A stretch of 64,000 nt of DNA, from assembly GCA_035544955.1 (NCBI GenBank), contig DASZZN010000034.1, forward strand, positions 71,700 to 135,699, in the 5' to 3' direction. The notes under the pieces are model-generated. The model ran no database searches and was not told the origin of the DNA. It saw only the letters and a program-made list of their open reading frames with translations. The translations under genes and the position numbers were made by a program. Of this stretch, positions 36,216-45,245 are shown one piece after another. The DNA comes from Candidatus Dormiibacterota bacterium. Its GTDB lineage: Bacteria; Chloroflexota; Dormibacteria; CF-121. Within the stretch, counting starts at the first letter, position 1. The number at the start of each line of letters is the position of its first letter.

Positions 36216-37661
36216 CTAGAGGACCAGAGCCATCGGGCTCTGCAGCAGGCGCTTGACCTCCTGCAGGAACTGCGCGGCGGTCACGCCGTAGAAGACGCGG
36301 TGGTCCACGGAGAGGGTGACCCGCATCCGCTTGCCGGCGACGACCTGGCCGTCCTTCACGACGGCCTTGTCCTCGATCGCGCCGATCGCGAGGATGCCCG
36401 AGTCGGGCGGGTTGATGATCGCGGTGAACTGGTCGACGTCGTACATCCCGAGGTTGGAGATGCTGAAGGTGTTGCCGATGTAGTCCTGCGCCGACGCCTT
36501 GTTGCTGCGAGCGCGTTCGATCAGCTGCTTGGACTCGCTGGCGATGTCTTTGAGCGACTTCTGGTCGGCGTTGCGCAGCACCGGCACGATCAGGCGATCC
36601 GGAAGACCGACCGCGATCCCGATGTTGATGTCGCGCTTGCGCTCGATCCGGCCCTCGGCCCATGAGGCGTTGACCTCGGGGAACTTTGTCAGCGCCAGTG
36701 CGACAGCCTTGACCACCAGGTCGTTGAGACTGATCGCCTCCGACTTGTCGACCGCCTCGTTGAACATCTGGCGTAGCCGGACGGCGTCATCCATCGCGAT
36801 CTCCGACGTCACGTAGAAATGGGGCGCCGAGAGCGCACTCTGGGCGAGACGCGTCGCGACGGTCGTTTGCAGCTTGGAGAGCTCGACGATCTCGACCTCG
36901 CCGGTGGGACGCGCCGTCGCTTGCCGCGCTTCGCGCGAGGGGGCGACGGCGGCGGGCGCGGCCGCCCGCGGTTGCGTCTTCTGCTGGGCCGCGGCCTCGA
37001 CGTCCTCTTTTTGGATCCGCCCACCCGGGCCGGACCCCTGGACGCGGCGCAGGTCGACGCCGAGTTCTTCGGCGAGGCGACGGGCGACGGGGGAGACGCG
37101 CTGCCGCTCGCCGTTTTCTTGCTCCGCCGGGCGCCGGATGACATCCAGCGCTGCCTGCGCGGCCGCACCGACTTCGGTTCGGTCGTCCGGCCCGCCGTGC
37201 GGATACTGTTCCCCGCCGGCATCGGCGGCGGTCGGGGCGGTGGCGGCCACGGCTTTCTCGGCCTGCGCGACGTGCGCCTCAGCCTTGGTGGCTTGTGGTT
37301 TCGGGGCGTCGGCGGACACCGGCCTCGCGTCTTGCTTGGGCCCGGCCGCCTCCGCCTGGCCTTCTGGCGTCGCGGGCGTCTCGCCTTTCGGGGCGGCCGG
37401 CTGTTCCGCTTTCGATACGGGCTCGGCGGCGCCCCCGATCTCGGCGATCACTGCGCCAATCGGCGCGCTCTCGCCTTCCTGGACAACGATCTTGCTCAGC
37501 TTGCCGGAAGCGTAGGCCTCCACCTCGATGTTGGCCTTGTCGCTCTCGATCTCGACCAGCGGCTCGCCCTTTTTGACCTCCTCGCCTTCCTTCTTCAGCC
37601 AGTGCAGGATCTTGCCGGTCTCCATCGAGTCGGACAGACGCGGCATCTGGACGTTCGCCAT
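36216..37661 (-). CDS. 2-oxoacid dehydrogenase E2 (dihydrolipoyl acyltransferase)
   Basis: Lipoyl domain 'LVEIESDKANIEVEA', Ala/Pro linker, PSBD 'VSPVARRLAEELGVDL', catalytic 'LSVDHRVFYG'. Confidence 0.9.
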   Translation of the reverse strand: MANVQMPRLSDSMETGKILHWLKKEGEEVKKGEPLVEIESDKANIEVEAYASGKLSKIVVQEGESAPIGAVIAEIGGAAEPVSKAEQPAAPKGETPATPEGQAEAAGPKQDARPVSADAPKPQATKAEAHVAQAEKAVAATAPTAADAGGEQYPHGGPDDRTEVGAAAQAALDVIRRPAEQENGERQRVSPVARRLAEELGVDLRRVQGSGPGGRIQKEDVEAAAQQKTQPRAAAPAAVAPSREARQATARPTGEVEIVELSKLQTTVATRLAQSALSAPHFYVTSEIAMDDAVRLRQMFNEAVDKSEAISLNDLVVKAVALALTKFPEVNASWAEGRIERKRDINIGIAVGLPDRLIVPVLRNADQKSLKDIASESKQLIERARSNKASAQDYIGNTFSISNLGMYDVDQFTAIINPPDSGILAIGAIEDKAVVKDGQVVAGKRMRVTLSVDHRVFYGVTAAQFLQEVKRLLQSPMALVL

Positions 37662-37672
37662 CAGCGTCTAGC

Positions 37673-38653
37673 CTAGTTCTTGCCGAGCAGTGCTTTGGCG
37701 GTCACGATCACGTCGGCTTTACCGGGGAACACGATTTTCTCCAGCTTCTTGTTGTAGGGGGCTGGGACCTCGGCCGCGCCGATGCGGGCCACCGGGGCAT
37801 CCAGGTAATCGAAGGCCTCTTCGTAGACTCGGGAGGCGATCTCCGCGCCGACGCCGTACGAGCGCCAGCCCTCTTCGACGGTGATCAGCCGGCTCGTCTT
37901 CTTGACCGACTCGATCACGGGCGCCATGTCCAGCGGCCGCAGCGCCCGCATGTCGACGATCTCGGCGCTGATGCCCTCTTTTTCCAGTTCGGCAGCGGCG
38001 TCCATGGCCACGATCAGCATGCGCGAGTGGGCGCAGATCGTGATGTGCTCGCCCGGCCGCTTGACTTCGTTCTTGTCCAGCGGCACCAGGTGCTCGCCGT
38101 CGGGGACCTCGCCCTTGACGGCATAGGTGCCCTCGTTCTCGATGAACATGACGGGGTTGTCGTCCCGGATCGCGGACTTCAGCATGCCCTTGGCATCGGC
38201 CGGCGTGCCGGGTGCGACGACCTTCAGGCCGGGAACGTGCGCGAACCAGTTCTCGTGGCTATGGGAGTGTTGTGCCCCGAGCTGGTGGCCGCCGCCACCC
38301 GGGGTGCGGATCACCAACGGGACCTTCGTCCCGCCGCCGAACATATAGCGGATGTGCGCCGCCGCGTTGACCACCTGGTCCATAGCGACCATGATGAAGT
38401 TGACCGTCATCATCTCCGCGACCGGGCGAAGTCCTGACATCGCCGCCCCGATGGCGGTGCCGATGATGATCTCCTCGGCGATCGGCGTGTCGAGCACGCG
38501 CTTCTCGCCGAATTCCTTCATCAAGCCTCGCGTGACCTTGAATGATCCGTCGTAGAGGCCGATGTCCTCGCCCAGGAGGAACACCGACGCATCGCGCTTC
38601 ATCTCCTCTCGGAGCGCCTGGTTGAGGGCGTCGCGCATGGCAAGGACGGCCAT
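37673..38653 (-). CDS. 2-oxoacid (pyruvate/branched-chain) dehydrogenase E1 beta subunit
   Basis: 'VFLLGEDIG.YDG.FKVT.GL...FG..RV.DTPI.E' is the canonical E1-beta pattern. 326 aa. Confidence 0.9.
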   Translation of the reverse strand: MAVLAMRDALNQALREEMKRDASVFLLGEDIGLYDGSFKVTRGLMKEFGEKRVLDTPIAEEIIIGTAIGAAMSGLRPVAEMMTVNFIMVAMDQVVNAAAHIRYMFGGGTKVPLVIRTPGGGGHQLGAQHSHSHENWFAHVPGLKVVAPGTPADAKGMLKSAIRDDNPVMFIENEGTYAVKGEVPDGEHLVPLDKNEVKRPGEHITICAHSRMLIVAMDAAAELEKEGISAEIVDMRALRPLDMAPVIESVKKTSRLITVEEGWRSYGVGAEIASRVYEEAFDYLDAPVARIGAAEVPAPYNKKLEKIVFPGKADVIVTAKALLGKN

Positions 38654-39669
38654 CAGCTCGCCACCTCGTCGGCGTAGACGTTGCGATAGAGGTCTTTCGG
38701 GTCCGGGTCCGGACTCTCGTCCGCGAACTTGACCGCGTCCTCGACCTGGGCGGTGACCTCCTCATCGATCTGCTGGATCTCGTCGTCGGTGAGCATCTTC
38801 TCCTTCTTCATATGCTCGCCGAGGCTGAGGATCGCGTCGCGGGTCTGCCATTCCTTGATCTCGTCCTTACCGCGGTAGGTGTCCGGGTCCGACATCGAGT
38901 GGCCGCGGTAGCGATAGGTGACACACTCGAGCAGGCTGGGCTCGTGATGCTCGCGCGCCTGGGCGACCAGCTGGTCGCTGATGCGTCGCACGGCCAGCAC
39001 GTCCATGCCGTCGACGCGTTCGCCGGTCATGTCGTAGGCGCACGCCTTCTTCCAGATCTCGGTGACGGCCGAGGCGCGGCTCACCGCGGTGCCCATGCCA
39101 TAGAGGTTGTTCACGCAGACGAAGACGATCGGCAGATGCCACAGCTTGGCCACGTTTAGCGCCTCGTGAAAGGCACCGATGTTGGTGGCGCCGTCGCCGA
39201 AAATGCTCATCACCACCTCGTTGGTGCCCTGGTAATTGATCGCATAGCCGCTGCCGCAGGCGATCGGGAGGGCCTGGCCGACGATGGCATAACCGCCATA
39301 GAAGCGGTGCTCCTGGCTGAAGAGGTGCATCGACCCGCCGCGGCCGTGCGAGGTGCCGGTTTCCTTGCCGAAGAGCTCGGCCATCACCGCCCTGGCGTCG
39401 ATCCCCTTGGCGAGGGCGTGGCCGTGCTCGCGGTAGGTGCTGTAGACGTAATCCTTGGGCTGCAGCGCCGAGATGGTACCGACGATGGTCGCCTCCTCGC
39501 CGATGTTGAGGTGGCAGAAACCGCCGATCTTGGCCGCCTGGTACATCTCGGCGGTCTTCTCCTCGAAGCGCCGGATCAGCAGCATCTCACGGTAGAGCTT
39601 GAGCAGGGTGTCCTTGTCGGAGAGCACGGTTTTCGTCCGGCCTTCCGTCGCTCGCTGCTCAACTTTCAT
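38653..39669 (-). CDS. 2-oxoacid dehydrogenase E1 alpha subunit (ThDP-dependent)
   Basis: 'YREMLLIRRFEE', 'YREHGHAL', 'GDGATN.G.FHEALN.A..W.LP..FV..NN.YGM' ThDP motif. AGGAG RBS upstream. Confidence 0.9.
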   Translation of the reverse strand: MKVEQRATEGRTKTVLSDKDTLLKLYREMLLIRRFEEKTAEMYQAAKIGGFCHLNIGEEATIVGTISALQPKDYVYSTYREHGHALAKGIDARAVMAELFGKETGTSHGRGGSMHLFSQEHRFYGGYAIVGQALPIACGSGYAINYQGTNEVVMSIFGDGATNIGAFHEALNVAKLWHLPIVFVCVNNLYGMGTAVSRASAVTEIWKKACAYDMTGERVDGMDVLAVRRISDQLVAQAREHHEPSLLECVTYRYRGHSMSDPDTYRGKDEIKEWQTRDAILSLGEHMKKEKMLTDDEIQQIDEEVTAQVEDAVKFADESPDPDPKDLYRNVYADEVAS

Positions 39670-39735
39670 GGATGGCTCCTGGAATGTGGTCCGCGATCAG
39701 TGCAAAATCCTATCTATTGTAACTATCAATGATTT

Positions 39736-40140
39736 CTATGGCTGGGCCCGGCTGGCACCGTTCGGTGAGTACCCCGTCTGGGTGTGGCGCGCGGTCACCA
39801 CGGTCTTGATGTTGCCCCGGACGTTGAAGTCACCGACCACCTCCATGAACCGCGGATCGAGCAGGGCGAGGAGGTCATCGAGGATTCGATTCACGGCTGC
39901 CTCGTGGAAGATCTCCTGGTCGCGAAATTTGTTGATGTAGAGCTTCAGCGACTTGAGCTCGACCAGCTTCTGGTCGGGGATGTAGCGGATCCGGATGGTG
40001 GCGAAATCCGGGAAGCCGGAATCGGGTGCCAGGCAGGTGAACTCGGGGATCGTGAAGTCGATCTCATAATCGCGGTCCGGCGTGTCGTTGGGGACCGCCT
40101 CGAGCCGCGATTCGGCGATCATCCTGGCGCCGTACGTCAT
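39736..40140 (-). CDS. queF: NADPH-dependent 7-cyano-7-deazaguanine reductase (unimodular type)
   Basis: Aligns collinearly with my recollection of B. subtilis YkvM: 'PEFT.L.P..G.PDFATI.I.YIPD.K.VE(L/S)KSLKLY...FR....FHE.....I..DL..L.DPR..EV'. The QueF motif E-x-K-S-x-K-L-Y is present. Confidence 0.85.
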   Translation of the reverse strand: MTYGARMIAESRLEAVPNDTPDRDYEIDFTIPEFTCLAPDSGFPDFATIRIRYIPDQKLVELKSLKLYINKFRDQEIFHEAAVNRILDDLLALLDPRFMEVVGDFNVRGNIKTVVTARHTQTGYSPNGASRAQP

Positions 40141-40163
40141 CGGCTAATGCTAGCGGGAGGCCT

Positions 40164-41219
40164 TCAGGGAGTGACGGTAAAGGCGGTGCGTGAGCTGGTG
40201 CTGCTGCCATCGCCGTTCGTGAGCTGGATCACGTAGTCCTGGACGACACGGCCCGCCGGCACCTTGACAGTCAGGGTGGACGGGTTGGCAAGGGTAGCCG
40301 CCAGGCCATCGAAGGCGCCGTTGGGGCTGGCGAGGGGAACGAAGTGGACACCCAGCATGGCGCCGCCGATGAAGCCGCTGCCGGCGATGGTGATGACGGT
40401 GTCCTGCGCCGCCGACGCGCGCGTGGGGGTGACCGATTGAATGCTGAGTCCACCGGTAGGCGAGCTGGTGCTGTCGCTGCCGCGCAACACCAGCGTACCG
40501 GGGATCGGCGCCAGGGGCATCGCGGTGCCGGCCTGACCATGCCACTGCGCGATGTCGCTCGAGGAGAGGTTGATGGGAAGGGCTCTGCCCGTGGCCGTCA
40601 GGATGCCGATCACCTTGCCGCCCGGCCCGACCACCGGCCCGCCGAGGTCTCCCGGCAGGTCGTCCACGCGCAGCATCAGCTGGGTCGCGCTGCGCTGGGT
40701 CACCACCGCCGGCGTCGACGGCCGCAGGTTAGCGACCTTGGGACTGGCCAGCAGTACGACCGGGTCATCCAGCTGGAGGATCGCCGGGTCGCCAAAAGGC
40801 AATGGCGTGCCCTCGTTGGTCGCCCGGATCTCCGCCAGACCGAGCGTGGTATCGATCCCGATCACACGCACGGAATGGGTTCCGCCGGTGTTGTCGATCA
40901 GCCGGAGGCTCGGACTGCCGTCGATGAGGCTGGCCGCGGTCAGGAAGTCGCCCTGCGTGTCGATGAGGAACGCCGTGCCAAAGCTGTGGTCGTTGACGAT
41001 TGTCATGACTCCCGCGAGATCCCGTTCGAGTTCGTCCGGTAGCAGGACTGAGGCCGGCGGCGCCGTCGGGGTCGGGGTCGGGGCCGGGGCCGGCGTCGCC
41101 GCCGGTTGGGCCAGGCGCTGCGCGACCGTCGGGACCAGGACCGCCAGTCCCGCCACGACGAGCGTGATGACGAGCGCTGTCAGGAGTTGCTCCTTCGGGA
41201 TGCGCGGAATACGGTCCAC
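40164..41219 (-). CDS. membrane-anchored trypsin-fold (S1C/HtrA-like) protein with degenerate catalytic triad and C-terminal IPT/TIG domain
   Basis: TM anchor, Pro-rich linker, 'GTAFLID..GDFLTAASLI' (His position is Ser), 'IDTTLGLAEI' (Asp kept), 'PGDLGGPVV..GGKVIGI' (Ser position is Leu). C-terminal Ig-like 'SIQSVTP....DTVITIAGSGF'. Confidence 0.75.
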   Translation of the reverse strand: MDRIPRIPKEQLLTALVITLVVAGLAVLVPTVAQRLAQPAATPAPAPTPTPTAPPASVLLPDELERDLAGVMTIVNDHSFGTAFLIDTQGDFLTAASLIDGSPSLRLIDNTGGTHSVRVIGIDTTLGLAEIRATNEGTPLPFGDPAILQLDDPVVLLASPKVANLRPSTPAVVTQRSATQLMLRVDDLPGDLGGPVVGPGGKVIGILTATGRALPINLSSSDIAQWHGQAGTAMPLAPIPGTLVLRGSDSTSSPTGGLSIQSVTPTRASAAQDTVITIAGSGFIGGAMLGVHFVPLASPNGAFDGLAATLANPSTLTVKVPAGRVVQDYVIQLTNGDGSSTSSRTAFTVTP

Positions 41220-41278
41220 AGTCCTTCAACGGAGCAGGGGAGGGCTTTCTTGGGAGCCTTTCCCTTTCATATACATTC

Positions 41279-42484
41279 ATGACGATGCGGCTGCGGAACA
41301 CCGAAACGAACGCAGTCCAGCCGCTCGAGCGTCGTCCCCAACCGGTGGGGATCTATGTCTGCGGCATCACCCCCTATGACACGACCCACCTGGGTCATGC
41401 CTTCACCTATGTCGTGTTCGACGTGCTCGTGCGGGTGCTGCGTGCTGCCGGTCAACCGGTCCGTTACGTGCAGAACGTGACCGATGTTGACGATGACATC
41501 ATCCGGCGGGCGCGCGAGCTCGGCACCACCTGGGACCACCTCGCCGACAAGGAAACCGCGCTCTACGAGGATGACATGGCAGCGCTCAACGTGCTGGCCC
41601 CCGACGTGTTCCCCAGAGCCAGCCGGACGATCCCCAAGATCATCGCGCTGATCGTCAGGCTCCAAGCGCAGGGCCATGCCTATCAGCGCGACGGCAACGT
41701 CTATTTCCGCGTGGGGAGTGTCGCCGACTACGGCCGACTGAGCCGGCTGAGTCGTGAGGAGATGATCACGCTCTCCGCCCAGCGCGGCGCGGATCCGAAT
41801 GACCCCCGGAAGCAGGACCCGCTCGATTTCATCCTCTGGCAGGCCAGCGCGCCGGACGAGCCGCGCTGGGAAAGCCCCTGGGGCGTCGGCCGCCCGGGCT
41901 GGCACATCGAGTGCTCGGCGATGGCCCTGGAGTATTTGGGTAAACAGGTCGACGTCCACGGCGGCGGCGCTGACCTGATCTATCCACATCACGAAAGCGA
42001 GATCGCGCAGTCGGAATCCGCGACCGGGGTCCGGCCCTTCGCCCGTATCTGGGTGCACGTCGGCATGCTCCGCTACCAGCGGGAGAAGATGAGCAAATCG
42101 CTTGGCAACCTCGTCCTGATCCGTGACCTGCTGAAGCGCTACGACGCCGATAGCATCCGGGTCCTGTTGCTGCGCCACCACTACCGTGAGCCGTGGGAAT
42201 ACACCGCAGGCCAGCTCGAGGACGCGGCCGTCTGGACCACACGCTTGCGTGCGATGGCCGGTCGCGCAGGCAGCGGAAGTGGCGAGACCGCGCTGGCGGT
42301 GCGTAGCGCTCTGGAGGACGACCTGGACACGCCCGGCGCTCTGCATGCGTTGGAAGAAGCGGTGGGCCGCGGTGATGCCGGCTGGCGCGCCGCCGCCGAT
42401 CTACTCGGGCTGCGGCTGGGCGTTGCCGCCGCCGAGGGGATGGAAATGAAAAAGGCGCTCGGGTGGCGAGCGCCTTTCTCTTGA
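41279..42484 (+). CDS. class-I CysRS-family cysteine ligase lacking an anticodon-binding domain (MshC-like)
   Basis: 'YVCGITPYDTTHLGHA', 'YVQNVTDVDD', 'RGADPNDPRKQDPLDFILW', 'GRPGWHIECSAM', 'PHHE', 'KMSKSLGNLVL', 'LEDDLDTPGAL'. At 401 aa it matches MshC length and pattern, not a full CysRS. Confidence 0.75.
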   Translation: MTMRLRNTETNAVQPLERRPQPVGIYVCGITPYDTTHLGHAFTYVVFDVLVRVLRAAGQPVRYVQNVTDVDDDIIRRARELGTTWDHLADKETALYEDDMAALNVLAPDVFPRASRTIPKIIALIVRLQAQGHAYQRDGNVYFRVGSVADYGRLSRLSREEMITLSAQRGADPNDPRKQDPLDFILWQASAPDEPRWESPWGVGRPGWHIECSAMALEYLGKQVDVHGGGADLIYPHHESEIAQSESATGVRPFARIWVHVGMLRYQREKMSKSLGNLVLIRDLLKRYDADSIRVLLLRHHYREPWEYTAGQLEDAAVWTTRLRAMAGRAGSGSGETALAVRSALEDDLDTPGALHALEEAVGRGDAGWRAAADLLGLRLGVAAAEGMEMKKALGWRAPFS

Positions 42485-42576
42485 TGGGGGGAGGGAGCTT
42501 CTCGACGTCCTGCCATCTAATACGCATTCGAACAGCCGGCTATTCGTAACGTTGTCACGGCGGCGTGACGCCGGAC

Positions 42577-43005
42577 TTACGTGGGGTCGATGATGCGATG
42601 GACGCGCGGTAACTGTGGTGGCGGGAAGGCGGGCATGTCATCAGGCCCGCGCGCTTCCAGCTGCGTGCGGAGTGCGGTTGTTTCGCGAACCAGCCGCTCG
42701 ACATCGATCGTCATGCACGCCGGCCGGTACGGCTCCAGCTTGGCCAGCCCGTGGCCGAGCTTGGCGACCGCGCCGCGCCAATTGCCACGCCGCCAGTGAT
42801 AGAAGCCAACCCCGAGCTGCAAGATGCCCTGATAGAGGTAGCGCACCGCGTCCGCCTCATGGATCCAGATGCCCTCCAGCGTCTCGTGCTGCTCGAAGAA
42901 CTCCTGCCGGTTGAACTCCTCGATGCCCAGCAGCAGCGCATCGGGTGGCACGTCGTCGCAGCGCGCGGTGCGGTGCGGCGTGCTCTTCTTGACGTGCGCC
43001 TTCAC
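42577..43005 (-). CDS. DUF309-domain protein
   Basis: 'F..G...FN...FFE.HE.LE..W.......R...QGILQLGVGFYH..RGN..GA' is the typical DUF309 pattern. 4-nt overlap with the kinase gene. Confidence 0.7.
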   Translation of the reverse strand: MKAHVKKSTPHRTARCDDVPPDALLLGIEEFNRQEFFEQHETLEGIWIHEADAVRYLYQGILQLGVGFYHWRRGNWRGAVAKLGHGLAKLEPYRPACMTIDVERLVRETTALRTQLEARGPDDMPAFPPPQLPRVHRIIDPT

Positions 43006-44222
43006 GCCGAACTCTGGCCGGCCGAGGCTCGCACGGTGTCGCCGTCCGGCGACGCCGCCGGCAGCTCGAGATAGAAGGTTGTGCCTTTGCCTTCCAGGCT
43101 GTTCGCCCAGGCTCGGCCCCCATGGGCCTCGGCCACGCGCCGGAGCAAGTAGAGGCCGAGTCCCTCGCCACGCGCCGGTTGCTCCTCGGCAAGCGGGCTG
43201 AACAGCTCCGCCAGCCGGTCCGCCGACATTCCCGGGCCGTCGTCCTTGACGATGAGCTGACAGCGATCGCGGGTCGGCTGTCGGAGGCGAAGCTGGACGA
43301 CGGTGGCGCTACGCGCGTGCCTGAAGACGTTGTGGAGCATCTCGTCGAGCGCCGCCTCGAGCAGTGTGGCGTCGCCCCAGACGTCCGCCGTGGCGTCGAG
43401 CTGGAGCCGCAGCTCCATACCCGCGCCCGCCATCCGTTCCCGGATGCGCTGCGCCGCGGCCTGGGCGACCCCGTCGAGCGAGACGCGCACGGTGAAGGCC
43501 AGCTCGAGCGGCAGGCGTGAGAGGAGCAGGACCTGGTCCGCGATCCGCATCAGCGTTTCCGACTGTTGGGCCAGGCGAGCCGCCACCACGGACATCTGGT
43601 CGGCGGGGATCTCGTTGTTGTTCAACATGTCGGCGTAGCCCCGCAGGATCGCCAGCGGCTCCTTGACTTCGTGTGAGGCCAGGCGCATCGCGGATACCGG
43701 GGTCCGGGACTGGCCGTTGACCGGCGTTGATCCGGGTTGGAGTCGGGGTGCGAGCAAGCCGGCCACCACGAGCAGCAAGTCCTGGTCTTCCGCTGTGAAC
43801 ACGCGGGCGCCCTTGCCCAGGACGGCCAGCGTGCCGCTCACCTCACCGGCCGCGTTGCGCAACGTGGTTCCGAGGTAGCTGATGACGCCGAATTGCTGCC
43901 GCATCGCCAGCCGCTTGAAGGGCTGCCGTTTGGCGGCGTCGCGAACGTTGATCACGCCACTGTCGCTCTCCTCCTCGGCGGCGCCGAACGTATCCTCCAT
44001 TGGCAGGCGCGTTCCCGGCTCGATCGGGGTCCCGCCCTCGACCTGGGCCGCGATGATCTCCAGCATCTCGCCGTCGATCTTGCCCAGATACGCCGCCCGA
44101 GCGTCGAGACCCTCGACGAGGCAGCCAAGCGCGGAGTCGATGACGTCGCGGACGGGTTTATCGAGATTGGCGACCACCAGGCGGCGGACAAGGCTGAGGG
44201 GTGGTTGGCGGTCAGGACTCAT
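43002..44222 (-). CDS. GAF-domain sensor histidine kinase
   Basis: Start set at ATG 44222 (MSPDRQ..); upstream track residues are shadow sequence. GAF-like N-terminal half. H-box 'ASHEVKEPLAILRGY', N-box 'HNVFRHA', 'DDGPGM', 'GEGLGLYL'. Confidence 0.8.
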   Translation of the reverse strand: MSPDRQPPLSLVRRLVVANLDKPVRDVIDSALGCLVEGLDARAAYLGKIDGEMLEIIAAQVEGGTPIEPGTRLPMEDTFGAAEEESDSGVINVRDAAKRQPFKRLAMRQQFGVISYLGTTLRNAAGEVSGTLAVLGKGARVFTAEDQDLLLVVAGLLAPRLQPGSTPVNGQSRTPVSAMRLASHEVKEPLAILRGYADMLNNNEIPADQMSVVAARLAQQSETLMRIADQVLLLSRLPLELAFTVRVSLDGVAQAAAQRIRERMAGAGMELRLQLDATADVWGDATLLEAALDEMLHNVFRHARSATVVQLRLRQPTRDRCQLIVKDDGPGMSADRLAELFSPLAEEQPARGEGLGLYLLRRVAEAHGGRAWANSLEGKGTTFYLELPAASPDGDTVRASAGQSSA

Positions 44223-44325
44223 GAAGGGGCGCCCACGGTTATAACATGCCCGGCCCCGCTGATCTCCGTCTCCCGTTTGCGGGGCAGAGTCCGGGTGGGG
44301 GAATACCACATAGAATGGGCGACCA

Positions 44326-45204
44326 TTGGCAGAGGTATCCAACGGGCGGGCGAACCTGCACCTGCACACAATCTTCAGCGACGGCGAGCTCCCACCTGCG
44401 GAGGTCGTGGCGGCCCACGCCGCCGCGGGCTTCGCGGTCATCGCCTTGACCGACCATGACACGCTGGCGGAGATCGACGCCTTGGGCGGCCTGGAGGGGC
44501 ACGGCCTGCGGATGATCTCGGGCGTCGAGCTCTCGATCGAAGATGAACCGGGCCGTGGCCTGGTCGACATCCACGTGCTCGGCTATGGCTTTGCCCTGAA
44601 CAACCGGCGGCTGCGCAACCGCCTGCATCAAGCCAGCGAGGCCCGCGAGGCGCAGAAACGGGAAACGGTCGACCGGCTGGCCAAGGCGGGTTATCAGGTG
44701 ACATGGGAGGCGGTGCGCGCCGGCGCCCGCGGCAACGTCGGAAAGCCGCACATCGTCGCCGCCATCGAGACGGCGCAGCCGGGCGTATCGCGCGAAGCGC
44801 TGTACGCCGCGATGGGGCCGGGTGGGGCGGCGCATGTTCCGCGCTCCATAGAGATGTCGCTGGGTGAGGCGGTGGACATGGTGACGGCTGCCGGCGGCGT
44901 CACGGTCCTGGCTCATCCAGGCGTCTACCATCACGTCCCCGACCTGCAGGTGTTGTTTCGGACCTGCGCGGTCGCGGGGGTGCTGGGGCTGGAGGTCACG
45001 TACCCACAGGCGCCCGATGATCCCTACGGGCCGAAGAGTGCGACGTTGATGGATCGCTTCCAGGAGGTCGCGTCCTCGTACGGTTGGGTAGCCACCGGCG
45101 GCGATGACTTCCACGGGCCACGGGTCACCCCACTGATCCGGTTGGCCGCCTGGACCGCGACGCCGGCGGCTCGCGTCGACGAGTTGCTCGCCCGCCGCAG
45201 TTAG
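44326..45204 (+). CDS. PHP-domain metal-dependent phosphoesterase (TrpH/YciV-like)
   Basis: 'NLHLHTIFSDGELPP' and 'IALTDHDT' are PHP His/Asp motifs. TTG start is uncertain. Confidence 0.8.
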   Translation: MAEVSNGRANLHLHTIFSDGELPPAEVVAAHAAAGFAVIALTDHDTLAEIDALGGLEGHGLRMISGVELSIEDEPGRGLVDIHVLGYGFALNNRRLRNRLHQASEAREAQKRETVDRLAKAGYQVTWEAVRAGARGNVGKPHIVAAIETAQPGVSREALYAAMGPGGAAHVPRSIEMSLGEAVDMVTAAGGVTVLAHPGVYHHVPDLQVLFRTCAVAGVLGLEVTYPQAPDDPYGPKSATLMDRFQEVASSYGWVATGGDDFHGPRVTPLIRLAAWTATPAARVDELLARRS

Positions 45205-45245
45205 CGGCTTAGCGGTCTTCAGGCCGGCGCTGCTCAGTCTCTGTG

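Noticed and set aside
44223-44570. 116-residue N-terminal extension of the histidine kinase ORF
   Set aside because: It is Ser/Pro/Ala/Arg-rich and overlaps the divergent PHP gene start. ATG 44222 gives a normal GAF-domain N-terminus.
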